Source: Mobula hypostoma
Lineage: Eukaryota
Reading direction: 5' to 3'
Assembly: GCF_963921235.1 (NCBI RefSeq)
Contig: NC_086097.1
Coordinates: 164,116,001 to 164,180,000 of the forward strand
Length of the DNA stretch: 64,000 bases
The notes beneath the pieces were generated by a model, which saw only the letters and a program-made list of their open reading frames with translations, made no database searches and was not told the origin of the DNA. Positions 39,561 to 51,058 of the stretch are shown here, piece after piece; the first letter of the stretch is position 1, and each line of letters opens with the position of its first letter. Position numbers and translations under genes: made by a program.

Positions 39561-41279
39561 AAGGCCTGTTGCAAATAGTCAACACTGCAAAGGATTTGTA
39601 GTTTATTTTATTGTTTTAATTATTTGTTGCTGTTTTATTTGACCTTTTTACATGAGTAAATCTATTTTGATACTTTTGAATGTCTCTAAGTAGTCATGTA
39701 GCCCACTCAGAGCATGCTTTGCCTTTAGATTTGAGAGTCAGTATATCTGACACTACATAATGCAAGCGCAGGATACCATAGGTGGTGAATACAGTCTGTG
39801 GGTAGGCTCCAGAAAATTTGGTCTATTGACTTTCAGTGAACCATACCATTTTCTCTACTTTGAAGAGATTTACTCAGCTTCTTATCTTCTACACTATTTC
39901 TGCTAATTTAGTCTGTCCTCTTTGGGGCCCAGGGGTTTTTGTCTTGCTTCTAATACAATAAAGGCTATTGCATATTAGCCAGATATGGATTTGGAAAGAA
40001 CAATCTGTTCTGTTCTTTTTAACAGAAAAGAATGAGTGAAGAATAAATTATTTGGAAATGGACATATTTGTTTACTTTGAAAATCTGTCATTAATGAGAG
40101 CAATTGAAGAACAGACTCTCACTCAATTTTGACATGCTGCCTTGTTTCTCGTAAGGTTGCAATTTAATGTGTTAACTTGTCTGTAGGCTCTCCATTTGGT
40201 CCTTTTGGAATTTTATTGTCGGTTTATTTGTTTGATGGGTGTCAACAATTGTTTTGTTTTTGTGGAAGGGCAATCAATGTTCTAATTTCACATTCATGGA
40301 GATCAGATGTCCTGGCATCTAAAATAGAAACAGTAAAGGCTGATCAGGTACCATTTGTTGAAAGAAATACAGTTAATTCTATGCCTCCAGTTCTGAATCA
40401 ACTTTATATATCCATAATAATGTAATAGATACACATATGAGATTCATTTCTACAGCAGACTGCTCAACACAATCCTTCTTAAATAAAATGTCCAAATGGG
40501 AAACATATCTGCACCACAATTGAAACTGCAATTATCGATGTGACTGCAGAACCATGCTTCCTTTTTGCAGTTAATACAATTTTCTGTAGCTTTGTGAGCT
40601 GATTTGAATCCATCATTTGCTCTGTGCGTATTTTAAATTCTAGTTGCTATTTGAAAAGTCTCTGTACAAATTTCAGTGGCACATTGAATGTTTTCATGTT
40701 GGTTTAAAAAGAGGCCTTTATAAATGAATTTAAAAAGAAAATCTTCAGCAGCCTCAGCAAAAGTTTTAAGCATAATTGTAGCCCTATTCTAATAACTCTG
40801 AAAAATAAAATCCAACGAGGTTTTGTGAAGAAAAGGCACCCAAGGATGCCACAGCCAGACATAGTATTTTTAAAGTATTATTCACTTTTAATTCAATAAG
40901 TGCAAGTACCAATTTGAAGCAAGCATACTCCCATGTGTGTCAATGTAATTGTAAGCCAGAGTCTTTTTTGGTAAAATAGAACATAGGATTCATATTATCC
41001 AGAACACTGTGAATAATTCCCATGATCTTCTTTGTAATTGTGGTGGGATCCCTCATGGCATTGAACTTGAATGGCTCACCTGAAAGTCAGTAACTGAAAA
41101 AGTGCAATAATTTCTATGTAGAATGTCAGCCTAGGCTTTGGATGAGATTCAGTCTCATAACCCACCATCTCAGGAACAAAGGTGCCTCTGATTAGACCAC
41201 TGTTATTGGGCTGAATTATGAATCTGTATCAGTGTAATATTGTTTGCTTTCTTCAGTTACTTTCAGAGCTTTCTGCACT

Positions 41280-42465
41280 GATCCATCTGCCCTTGGCCTT
41301 CTCCACTGTTACAGTAAGACCAAACCCCAACTACAAGGACACCAGCTCATATTCCACCTGAGTGATCTACAAAGCAGTGATGTAGTATATAGAACATTGA
41401 ACTTTAGAGCACAGTACAGGCCCTTTAGCCCACATTGTGCTGATGTTTTAATCTACCCCAAGGTCAATGTAACACTTTCCTCCCTGCATTACCCTCCATT
41501 TTTTTCACCAATGTGACTATTAAATATCCTTAATATATCCCCCTCTACCACCACTCCTGACAGCATGTTCCATGCACCCACCACTCAATGAGTAAAAAAA
41601 ACTACCTCTGACATCCCCCCCTATACTTTCCTCCGATCACCTCAAAATTATGCCCTCTCATATTAGCTATTTCATCCCTAGGAATAAGGCACAGGCTGTC
41701 CACTCTATCAATGCCTCTTATCATCTTATACACTTTTATCATCACCTTGTACGTTTAATTTTCTAATTTCACGTAACCTGCACCTGCACTCTTTTCCCGC
41801 TCTCACTCATCCACTCAGGTTATCTATCACCTTTTCCATCCCTCTCCTCCACCATCCCACTATCAGCAAGACTCACAATCTCCTCCACCTGGTTCCATCT
41901 CCTGTCCTCCTTTGGTTCACCTGCCTTGTGCCCTCCCTGATCTTAATCCATGTGAGCATCATCCCTCCATTATCTAGTTCCGTTTGTCAGCTGCGTTACC
42001 CCTCCTCCCCCAGCTCTCTCAATCTACCTATCGTCATCCTCCTTCAGCTGCTTCCACCTATCATCTGCCAGGCCCTATATCACGCCTCCCTCTCACCTCT
42101 TTATACTAGCTATCTCCCCTTTACATTTTCAGTCCTGATGCAGGAATTTTTCTCCTGAAGCCCCAAACAATCCTCTTCCACCCCAGATGCTACCTGACCC
42201 ACTGATTATTTCCTCCAACCACCACACACAAACTGCTGGAGGAACTCAGTAGGCCAGGCAGCATCGGTGGAAAAGAGTAAACACTCGACGTTTCGGGCCG
42301 AGACCCTTCAGCAGGACTTTTCCATAGATGCCGCCTGGCCTGCTGAGTTCCTCCAGGATTTTGTGTGTGTGTCGCGTGGATTTCCAGCATCTGCAGATCT
42401 TCTTTTGTTTCTGACTATTTCCTCCAGATTTTTTTTTGCTCCAGATTCCACCAGCTGCATCCCCT
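41280..42465 (+). mobile_element. Old PLE 3' fragment (GIY-YIG tail, pyrimidine-rich UTR, degenerate hammerhead at 42130), interrupted by a CR1 stub (about 41390-41745, minus) and a fold-back element
   Basis: GLLHCYSKTKPQLQGHQLIFHL similarity to 57270-57340. cagtcctgatgcagg at 42130. The terminal repeat resumes after 42426. Confidence 0.7.
42218..42410. mobile_element. Short fold-back PLE-derived insertion with hammerhead motif
   Basis: Minus strand agtcctgctgaagggtctcggcccgaaacgtcgagtg at 42282-42318, with inverted arms. 16-bp TSD ctgattatttcctcca (42202-42217) vs ctgactatttcctcca (42411-42426). Confidence 0.9.
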
Positions 42466-43342
42466 TGTGCAATTTTCAAATTTCCATCGTTTTTTTTCCA
42501 CATAAAGTGGAAGATTACATTCTAATTTCATTTGCTCAATTTTTTTATTCTTCATTAGCAACAGTAGGAAAGCTATCTGACTGCTTGCCGGCATGTACTT
42601 CTGGCTGAGAGATTGTCCGGTACTTGCAACCTGATAGCTCCAGCTCCAGGTGCAGGAAGCAGTAAAACCAGTTAGAATTGTGTAACGTTAATAAGATCCA
42701 TTCATTACAGGAAATGTGAAGTGATTCATTTTCCTCAGCCCTTTGTAGGATGATGAGTTTCTTTATATTCATGGTGTTATGCCTGCTACAACAACACTGG
42801 GACCTCAGGGCCTGAGGTTCAATGCGTTATAAAGCAGGCTAGTTTTTCTGTAGTTTGCCCTCCATGTCGCAGAGGAGAGGATTCATGCTTTGAGCCTTTG
42901 GCTCAACATAAGTGAAGCAGACTAGCAGTGACAAATGAAATCTTGTGAAGTAGTTCAGTGAAACGATGTGTTAGCACTGGGTCCAGTTAAGGCAGGGAAA
43001 TAAAAATGTAGGCGAGTTTATATTCTGGTGTTTTTCTGTCATGATGCAGAGCAGCCATTTTTCATGCTTGCCCTGCTTAACCTGACACATGCTAAGATTT
43101 CCCAGAATTAATGAAAACATCTGTCGCCATAGCAGCATCAATCTGCTGTTCTAACTTACAAGTTACTCAATCAAAAAGCCAGTTCAAATATTGCACTGCA
43201 GGGTTAAATGTAACAAGAGTCTGAAATGCAGTAGCTCATTGTTTCATTCATATCGGTTGGGATTTTGATTCTGCAGGTGATTTAGTGCGTAAAGGGACTA
43301 GCCAGAGTTAACCCAGTGCACAAATGGGATCATCACAGACTT

Positions 43343-43560
43343 GACACACAAAAAGCTTAGAGGATTTCCGGCAGATCAGGGAGCGTCTGTGGAGGGAAAT
43401 GGACGGTCAGTGTTTCAAATCAAGTACCTTTGTCTGCACTGAAAGAGAGAGGGGATATAGCCAGAATAAAAATATTAAAAGGAGGGAAGGGGTGGAGCAA
43501 GAACTGGCCAGGTAGATCAGGAGGAGAGAGAAAAGAGTCAGAAGGAGAGCAGTTTACCAC
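43343..43560 (-). mobile_element. Degenerate PLE 3' tail
   Basis: acacacaaaaagcttagagg…gcgtctgtggagggaaatggacggtcagtgtttc followed by a purine-rich tract. Confidence 0.55.
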
Positions 43561-44198
43561 ATGTAGTATTCATGTTCTAGACTACTGTTGGAATATAAGA
43601 TTCAGTTACAATAATTTGCATTTAGCCTCATTGCATTTAGCAGAGGACATCCAGATAACCCAAGCAGACAGAGCACAGGTACTTGTCCAAACGGTCACTT
43701 AGTCTGCACCTGGTCTCACTGGTGTGAAGGAGACCTCATCAAGGGCTCTATGTGCAATACTGCTCTCCCTCTGTTCTTATTCTGTCTCCTCCCAATCTAC
43801 CCAGACCCCATCACCCTGTCTCTTTCCCCTCCTGCACTCTCTCCAACTGCCCATCACCCATACAATGTTCCCACTGGTTCACTTCCCAAACTGCTCCCAT
43901 CTGTCTTCTCTACCACCGACCCTTTATCTTTATCCATGCTCCAGCTTCCTTTCCTGTGAGACTCCAACATCTTCATCCCTTTCTTGGATCTGCTACTTTT
44001 CAAGTTGTAGTTTAACTATCAGTATGACAGAATTGGTGGCTTTATGGCCAATTTTACAAATGACACAAAGATAGGTGAAGGGGCAGATAGTGTTTAGGAA
44101 GCAAGGAGCCTGCAGAAGAACTTAGATTAGGAGAATGGACAAAGTGGCAGATGGAATACCGTGTAGGGAAGCATACAGTCATGCACTTTGGTAGAAGG

Positions 44199-44447
44199 CT
44201 TCACTATTACAGCTTGGGGTGTCGGAGATCGGATTTCAATTCCGACATCATTTGTAAGGAATCTGTACTTCCTCCCTGTAGAATGCACAGGTTTTCTCGG
44301 GGTGCTCCTGTTTCCTACCATAGATAAAGATGTACTAGTTGGTAGGTAAATTGTCCCACAATTGGGTTAGGATTAAATCAGGGCTGTGAGATGGCACAGC
44401 TTAAGCCAGTGGAAAGGGCATGTTCCTCACTGTATCTTAATAAATAA
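44199..44447 (+). mobile_element. V-SINE (same family as 3145-3415)
   Basis: ggttttctcggggtgctcctgtttcctacca V domain, ggtaaattgtccca, aataaataa tail. Confidence 0.75.
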
Positions 44448-44509
44448 TCAGGGAAAAAAATCTGAGAAATCAGAGGCACTAAGGGACATGTGAGTCCTGG
44501 TGCAGGATT

Positions 44510-45920
44510 AATGTGCCTTCCAGTGCCTAAGAAGAATAATGTGAGATGCCTTAATGACTATTGCCCAGTAGCACTACAGTGATGAAATGCATTGAGAGGT
44601 TGGTCATGACTAGACTGAACTCCTGCCTCAGCAAGGACCTGGACCCATTACAATTTGCCTATTGCCACAATAGGTCAATGGCAGATGCAATCTCAATGGC
44701 TCTCCACACGGCCATAGCCCACCTAGACAACACAAACACCTATGTTAGGGTGAAGTTCATTGACTATAGTTCAGCATTTAATACCATCATTCTATCAATC
44801 CTGATTGAGAAGTTACAGAGCCTGGGCCTCCGTACCTCTCTCTGCAATTGGATCCTCGTCTTCCTAACTGAAAGACCACAATCTGTGCAGATTGGTGATA
44901 CCATCTCCTCCTCGCTGCTGATCAACACTGGCGCACCTCGGTTGTGTGTGATTAGCCCACTGCTCTACTCCCAATATACACATGACTGTGTGGCTAGGTA
45001 TAGCTGAAATACCATTTATAAATTTGCCAGTGGTGCTGCAACCGATGTTGGTAGAATCTCAGATGGTGACGAGAGGGCGTACAGGAGTGAGATATGTCAA
45101 CTAGTGGAGTGGTGTCACAGCAACAACCTTGCACTCAGTGTCAGTAAGATGAAAGAGCTGATTGTGGTCTTCAGGAAGGATAGAATGAAGGAACACATAC
45201 CAATCCTCATGGAGGGATTAGAAGTGGCGAGAGTGATCAGCTTCAAGTTCCTGGGTGTCAAGGTCTCTGAGGATCTAACCTGGTCCCAACATATCGATGC
45301 ATTTATAAAGAAGGCAAGATAGCGTCTATAGTTCATTAGGAGTTTGAAGAGATCTGGAATGTCAACAAATACACTCAAAAACTTGTACAGTTGTACTGTG
45401 GAGAGCATTCTGACAGGCTGCATCACTGTCCGGTATGGGGGGGTCTACTGCACAGGACTGAAAGAAGCTGCAGAGGGTCATAAAGTTAGTTGGCTCCATC
45501 TTGGGTACTAGCCTGCAAAGTACCCAGGACATCTTCAAGGAACAGTGTCTCAGAAAAGCAATGTCCATTATTAAGGACCCCCAGCACCCAGGACATGCCG
45601 TTTTCTCACTGTTGCCATCAGGTAGGAGTTACAGGAGATTGAAGGCACACACTCAGCGATTCAGGAACAACTTCTACCCCTCTGCCATTCGATTCCTAAT
45701 TGGACTTTGAATCCTTGAACACTACCTCACTTTTTTAATATATATTTCTGTTTTTTGCATGATTTTTAATCTATTCAATATACATATACTGTAATTGATT
45801 TATTTATTATTATTATAGTCTTTTTTTCTTCTATTTTTTTTATTGCATCGAACTGCTCCTGAAACTTAACAAATTTCACGACATATGCAGGTGATAATAA
45901 ACCTGATTCTAATTCTGATT
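44510..45920 (+). mobile_element. 5'-truncated Rex1/Babar-type LINE (RT pseudogene)
   Basis: [40 protein letters not shown] plus (GATTCT)n tail. Confidence 0.9.
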
Positions 45921-45951
45921 CTCTAAAGGTTCATTTGCAGGTTAAGTTAGT

Positions 45952-46598
45952 CCCAACATGTTGATGTGGTCATAAAGAAGGCAAAACAGCAGCTATACTT
46001 TATTAGGAGTTTGAAGCGATTTGGCATGTCAACAAATATACTCAAAAACTTCTATAGTTGTACCGCGGAAAGCATTCTGACAGGCTGCATCACTGTCTGG
46101 TATGGAGGAGCTACTGCACAGAACCGAAAGAAGCTGCAGAAGGTTGTAAATCTAGTCAGCTCCATCTTGGGCTCTAGCCTACAAAGTACCCAGGACATCT
46201 TTAGGAAGCAGTGTCTCAGAAAGGCAGCATCTATTATTAAAGACCTCCAGCACCCAGGGCATGCACTTTCTTACTGTTACCATCAGGTAGGAGAGACAGA
46301 AGCCTGAAGGCACACACTCAATGATTCAGGAACAGCTTCTTCCCCTCTGCCATCCAATTCCTAAATGGATGTTGAAGCTTTGGACACTACCTCACTTTTT
46401 TAATGTACGGTATTTCTGTTTTTGCTCATTTTTAATAATCTATTCAATATACGTAATTGATTTACTTGTTTATTTATTATTATGTTTTATGTTATTATCA
46501 TTTTTTTCTCTCTCTGCTAGATTATGTATTGCATTGAACTGCTGCTACTAAGTTAACAAATTTCAAGTCACATGCTGGTAATAATAAATCTGATTCTG
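45952..46598 (+). mobile_element. Second, shorter Rex-type LINE copy in tandem
   Basis: Homologous to about 45282-45915. Ends aataaatctgattctga. Confidence 0.9.
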
Positions 46599-47622
46599 AA
46601 AGGAAGGCAAACTCAACGTTAGTGTGTATTTCAAGAGGATTAGAATATAAGACTGAGGCTTTATAAAGCATGGATCAGGTGGCATTTGGAGTATTGTGAG
46701 CTTTTTTGGGCTCCATATCTAAGAAAAGATGTGTAGGTATTGGAGAGGATCCAGAAAGGTTTATGAGAATGATCCTGGGAATGAAAGGGTTAATGCAAAA
46801 AATAATATTTTGATGTTTTGAAAAGTGAGGGGGGGATCTCATTGAAACCTATCAAAAATTGAAGGGCCCAGATGGAGTTGTCATAGAGAGGATGTGGCCA
46901 ATAGTGGAGAAGTTTAGGGCCAGAAGGCACAGCCTCAGAATGGAGGGATGTTGCTTAGGAATAGAAATGAGGAGGAATATCTTTAGCCTGATGGTGGTGA
47001 ATCTGTGGAATTCATTGCCATGTTTGGCTCTGGAGGCCAAGTCATTGGGTATATTTAAAGCAGTGGTTGATAGGTAAGGTTTCAAGGGTTATGGGGAGAT
47101 GGCATGAGAATGGATTTGGAATGCGAAGTGAGTCAACCATGATTGAATGGCAGAGTGAACCCAATTTGGGCAGTGCGAGGTTTTAAAGCTAGATGGCAAA
47201 GGTGATCATGAGTTAAAGTAAGTGTGGATGGCTCCTTTGTAAATGGAAAATGGATGTGTGACGCTGTTATAAATACACTGACATGCAATCTGAACATCAG
47301 ATACCCAACCACTGTTCATGGTACAAGATATAAATGCTAGTCATTAAGATATGACTCACTGAAAGGATTCCAAACTCAGCATTACAGTTTATCAGGTTGC
47401 CTTTCAGGTACTACATGACTAAATCAATGATACATTGTCCAGGCACTTCTGCTGCATTGCACACCATGGAGGAGGCCAGAACCACAACTTTGCTCTGGTG
47501 ACTCTTCAGTGGAATGGCCTGCGAGAGCTCAATTTGCTGAAGTTCTCAGCAGGGCCAAAGGAAAGTCTCAGTCCAATGCCAGTCTAAAGGCTCAAAGATG
47601 GGATGCAACTACCAGCCCTGTG

Positions 47623-47878
47623 GACGCAAGGGACTGCTGATGCTGGAATCCGGAGCAACACATAAAAAGCTGGAGGAATTTAGCAGGTCAGACTGCATTT
47701 ATGGAGGGAAATGGGCAGTCAACATTCCAGGACCCTGAATCCACACTGAAGAGAGAGATGGTAAACAATTCTCCCTTCTCTCCACTTTTTTATACCACTG
47801 CTCTACTTTTCAGTCCTGATGAAAGATCTCGACCTTGATTGTTCGTTTCCCTCGATTGATGCTGCCTGACCAGCTAAG
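47623..47878. mobile_element. Older fold-back PLE-derived element (opposite orientation)
   Basis: Minus-strand PLE terminus at the left. Plus-strand cagtcctgatgaaagatctcgacc at 47811-47834, then gatgctgcctgacc. No clear TSD. Confidence 0.65.
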
Positions 47879-48232
47879 CCCATGTTTTACTCTGCAAAAC
47901 AATCATGGGTAAGGATGACAGTTTTCCTTCCCTGAAGGACATATGTAGATCATGATACAGTAACTCAGGTGTTCAGTTATTGAGATTCATTTAACTGTCA
48001 TGATCTAATTAAGATTTACTAATAGAAATATTCTGGGACATTTTCTAAATGTAAATCAATGTAAGTTGGACTATTGTGTAACGTTCACAAATTGGGACAT
48101 GTGATGCTTTTAAAAAGACCCAACTGGTGAAAGCACCACACCCGAAGGAGCAGTGAGCAAGCTTAGTTCCCAGGGGTGCTATTTTCATTTGAATTGTTTA
48201 AAATGTGCATAGGCCTTTTACCCTACGATATA

Positions 48233-48757
48233 TTTGTCAGAGCTGGGGAGCAGCCAATACCCACCAAAAGAACATCTGCAGGCATCCTGACTTCTGCAAG
48301 GGACTGGCAGCTGTTGGTGGACCTTGAACAGCAGCTGAAGTTCCCCAATCATATCGCAGCCACCACCCTGCGACCAGACATTGTCCTTGTGTCTGAGTCT
48401 ACTAAGCAAGTGGTGCTGCTGGAGCTGACAGTCCCATGGGAAGATCGTCTGGAAGAGGCCTTTGAAAGCAAGCTACTTTGAACCCGTTCCTTAGCTAGAG
48501 CCTTCTGCAATTTGGGCATCGAGGGGGAGAGGAAGAGGAGAGCTTTCCACAGTACCACCGATGTGGCAGTGAGGGCCTCAAGATGGCTGTGGCTCAAAAG
48601 AGGGGAGCCATGGAGTCATAAGTAGCTAGCCATCTGTACAAAAGCTGGGGTCTGATCAGCCCCAGCTGGGTCACCTGGAGGAGGGTGTATGATGTTGAAA
48701 GACCTGAAACACCCGATGATTCCAGGAACATCACTGAAGATGTGTCCAGAGGCATCA
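48233..48757 (+). mobile_element. 3' fragment of an R2-group non-LTR retrotransposon with restriction-like endonuclease (HERO-like)
   Basis: FVRAGE…DWQLLVDL…LRPDIVLVS…LLELTVPWE…AFE is the REL PD..E motif typical of HERO/NeSL-type elements. Continues to ASRWLWLKR and a short 3' UTR. Internal deletion near 48472. Confidence 0.85.
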
Positions 48758-48956
48758 GTAGATGTACAAACGTTTGTATGTACGCAGCTGATACATGAAA
48801 AGTTGAGTGGAATCAATCGAGCTGAACAAAATGTTGGTTTATGTTAAATTATGCTTCTTAAATAAGTCATAGAAATGTGACATTTAGAAGGGAGAGGTAG
48901 TTGTGTGAGGTCAACACAGCTGTTTAATTTGCCTGGAGGAAGGTGAATGTACATAG

Positions 48957-49772
48957 TGTTACGTACCCCGTAACTGGGTTGCCAAACCAGCAGAAATGGA
49001 CCACTTAGTTGGAGTCTGGATTACTGGAACTAAGAAAGTTTTATTAAAGAAATACGTAACACAGTACTCTAATGGCAAGGATATAAATGCAACAGGTTAG
49101 CAATGATAAAACACACATGTACACAGACCTAGGATAATAGCTCTATCACAGTCTAGGGGTAAAATGATCAGTCTCAAGTGACGCAGAGTTCAGTTCAGCT
49201 GAGTACAGTTCGCAGCAATTGCTGTTGTGCCGTTGGAGAGAGAGAGAGCGAATGCAAATTTCGATTCACAGACCTTTGATGTTCCCCGCAGTTAGCTTTT
49301 GGGCGAGCCCTTTTAATGCCTTCGGAGGTCACCAACTGTGACCCCTCCGTTCCGGATACGATCGTTCTTCCACGGTGAACCCGGCACCCAGGCAAGGGCG
49401 GACACACACACCAGGTTCCCGCCGATCGTACCTTCTCACCCTGTGCGTCTATGGTCCGTCCCGCGACCAGACCTCCAAACTTCCACCAACTTGTGGGGGC
49501 ACACCGCACTTCCAGGGTCTCATTATCTCGTGATCTTGTGGTGTCTGTCGTGCCTTAGCGAACCTGTTCCTTTTATCCCCCTGCTGGGGTATCGCCTGTC
49601 CATCAAACTTCAAACACTTCAGGTTCGAAGCAACCGGTCTGTCAATACTCAGAACTGTGTCTCTTTTCGTTAATCTCTCTCCTCTCTCATTAACATTTTG
49701 AATGCTTCTCCCTTTGTCTCTCTTATCTCTCTCATCAGCATCAATCTTCTGATAACTTGGTTTTTCGTCACA
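48957..49772 (-). mobile_element. Solo LTR (816 bp)
   Basis: tgttacg…cgtcaca termini. TSD ATAG (48953-48956, 49773-49776). Minus-strand GATAAAA TATA-like box near 49570 and AATAAA near 49040. CpG-rich. Confidence 0.9.
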
Positions 49773-50874
49773 ATAGGTAATTCCTAGTTTTAGGGAAATT
49801 TATGTTCCTGGCAGCTGAAGAGAAAAGAAATTTACAATTGACACATCAGACATAGCATTGCTCAACAGATTAGTGAAATATTCCTAAAGTACCAATTTAT
49901 CTCTTTACTTTGCTTATTTAAGTGATGAACTTATCATAGGTAAGAACAAGAGGTCAAAGGGTTAATGATGCTACTGTTGTGACTTTCATGGTCAAATATA
50001 ATATATGCTACATAGCTCGTTATTTCTGCAATATGCACTTAGACAGTCTTGGATGTGAGCTTGCAACCAATTCTTTACTTAAGGTCTGATTGTGGTGTTT
50101 CTGGCCAGGTGGCATCAGATTAAGTTTGGTTTTCTTTAATCATACAACTTGAAATAAAAGGCTGTCTGTTCAATTTAGTGCAGTTTTCCTTAGGTTATAT
50201 TTCTAATATGATGATTGGGTGAGATGTTGCTGTCGTGCGTTTGGGCAGTGGCCTTTTCCCTCCAGGGCATGGGTTCACATCAGCCAGCTTAATAGGATGA
50301 AAATCTCCCCAGCCTGCAAGTTGCGTGGCTTCAGTGTTAAGTCACGTTCAGAAATCCAAATTTAGTTCCTGGCAATCACAGCTTCAGATAAGTTATCCTT
50401 AAATGGTTGCTGTCATTCACAGGGGATTTAGGTTTGTGTAGTGGTATCCTTGCCATTCAACTTGTGGTTAAGGTTGAGACCGAGTTACCCTGATAATGGA
50501 AGTGGAAATAGGTCCAATTCTGCTTCCATGATCAGCATGAAATCTGCAAATGGTACATGAAGGTTTGGAGTTAGGGATGCTGGACTGATGATAGAAAGCT
50601 TCATCTGCCTTTTTCTGATATTCAAATTATTATGGTATTTGGAGCTCCTGAGCACTGGAATTATCCACAGCTCCTCACAAGTGAAATGAAGCAGATTTCA
50701 TTATTGTAGAGATAATGTAATTCTTTCTTAACACGCAGCTAAAGATTCTTTCATTTGAAAAAGAGAATTGACATTAAAGCAATTTCACTGAATGATTATG
50801 TGACCCAGGAATATTAGGTTGATAGCTTAGCTTCACTTCAGTGCTCTCTTTAACAATTCAGTATTTGGGTGTAT

Positions 50875-51058
50875 GGGGTGTCTAGGGAGGGGTAGCGCCT
50901 CTGGTGGGGGGGCTTACCGTGCCCTTTTCAGGGCAACTCGTCCACCTTTGGTCCCCACGTGGCGCTCAGCTCTCACCTGTGGCTCCAAATAGCTGTAGCA
51001 CGCGCAGCGGCCACACCCCAATAAACCGTCTCGGCAGACGGGCTAAACCAGGTGAGGG
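50875..51058 (+). ncRNA. HDV-like ribozyme fold at the RTE 5' end (probably mutated)
   Basis: P1 GGGGTGT 50875-81 / ACACCCC 51013-19; P2 CTCTCACCTG 50970-79 / CAGGTGAGGG 51049-58; P3 GGC 50981-83 / GCC 51010-12; L3 begins TCC; P4 CCGTCT/AGACGG 51026-41; J4/2 GCTAA 51042-46. The GG expected for P1.1 reads AA. Confidence 0.75.

Larger units (their letters stand above)
44010..47165 (+). mobile_element. CR1 LINE 3' part broken into four pieces by a SINE and two Rex LINEs
   Basis: Colinear CR1 pieces at about 44010-44198, 44450-44509, 45921-45951 and 46599-47165. Confidence 0.8.

Noticed and set aside
50215..50620. Possible ancient LF-SINE-like head
   Set aside because: Similarity limited to a short degenerate tRNA-like stretch, too weak to call.
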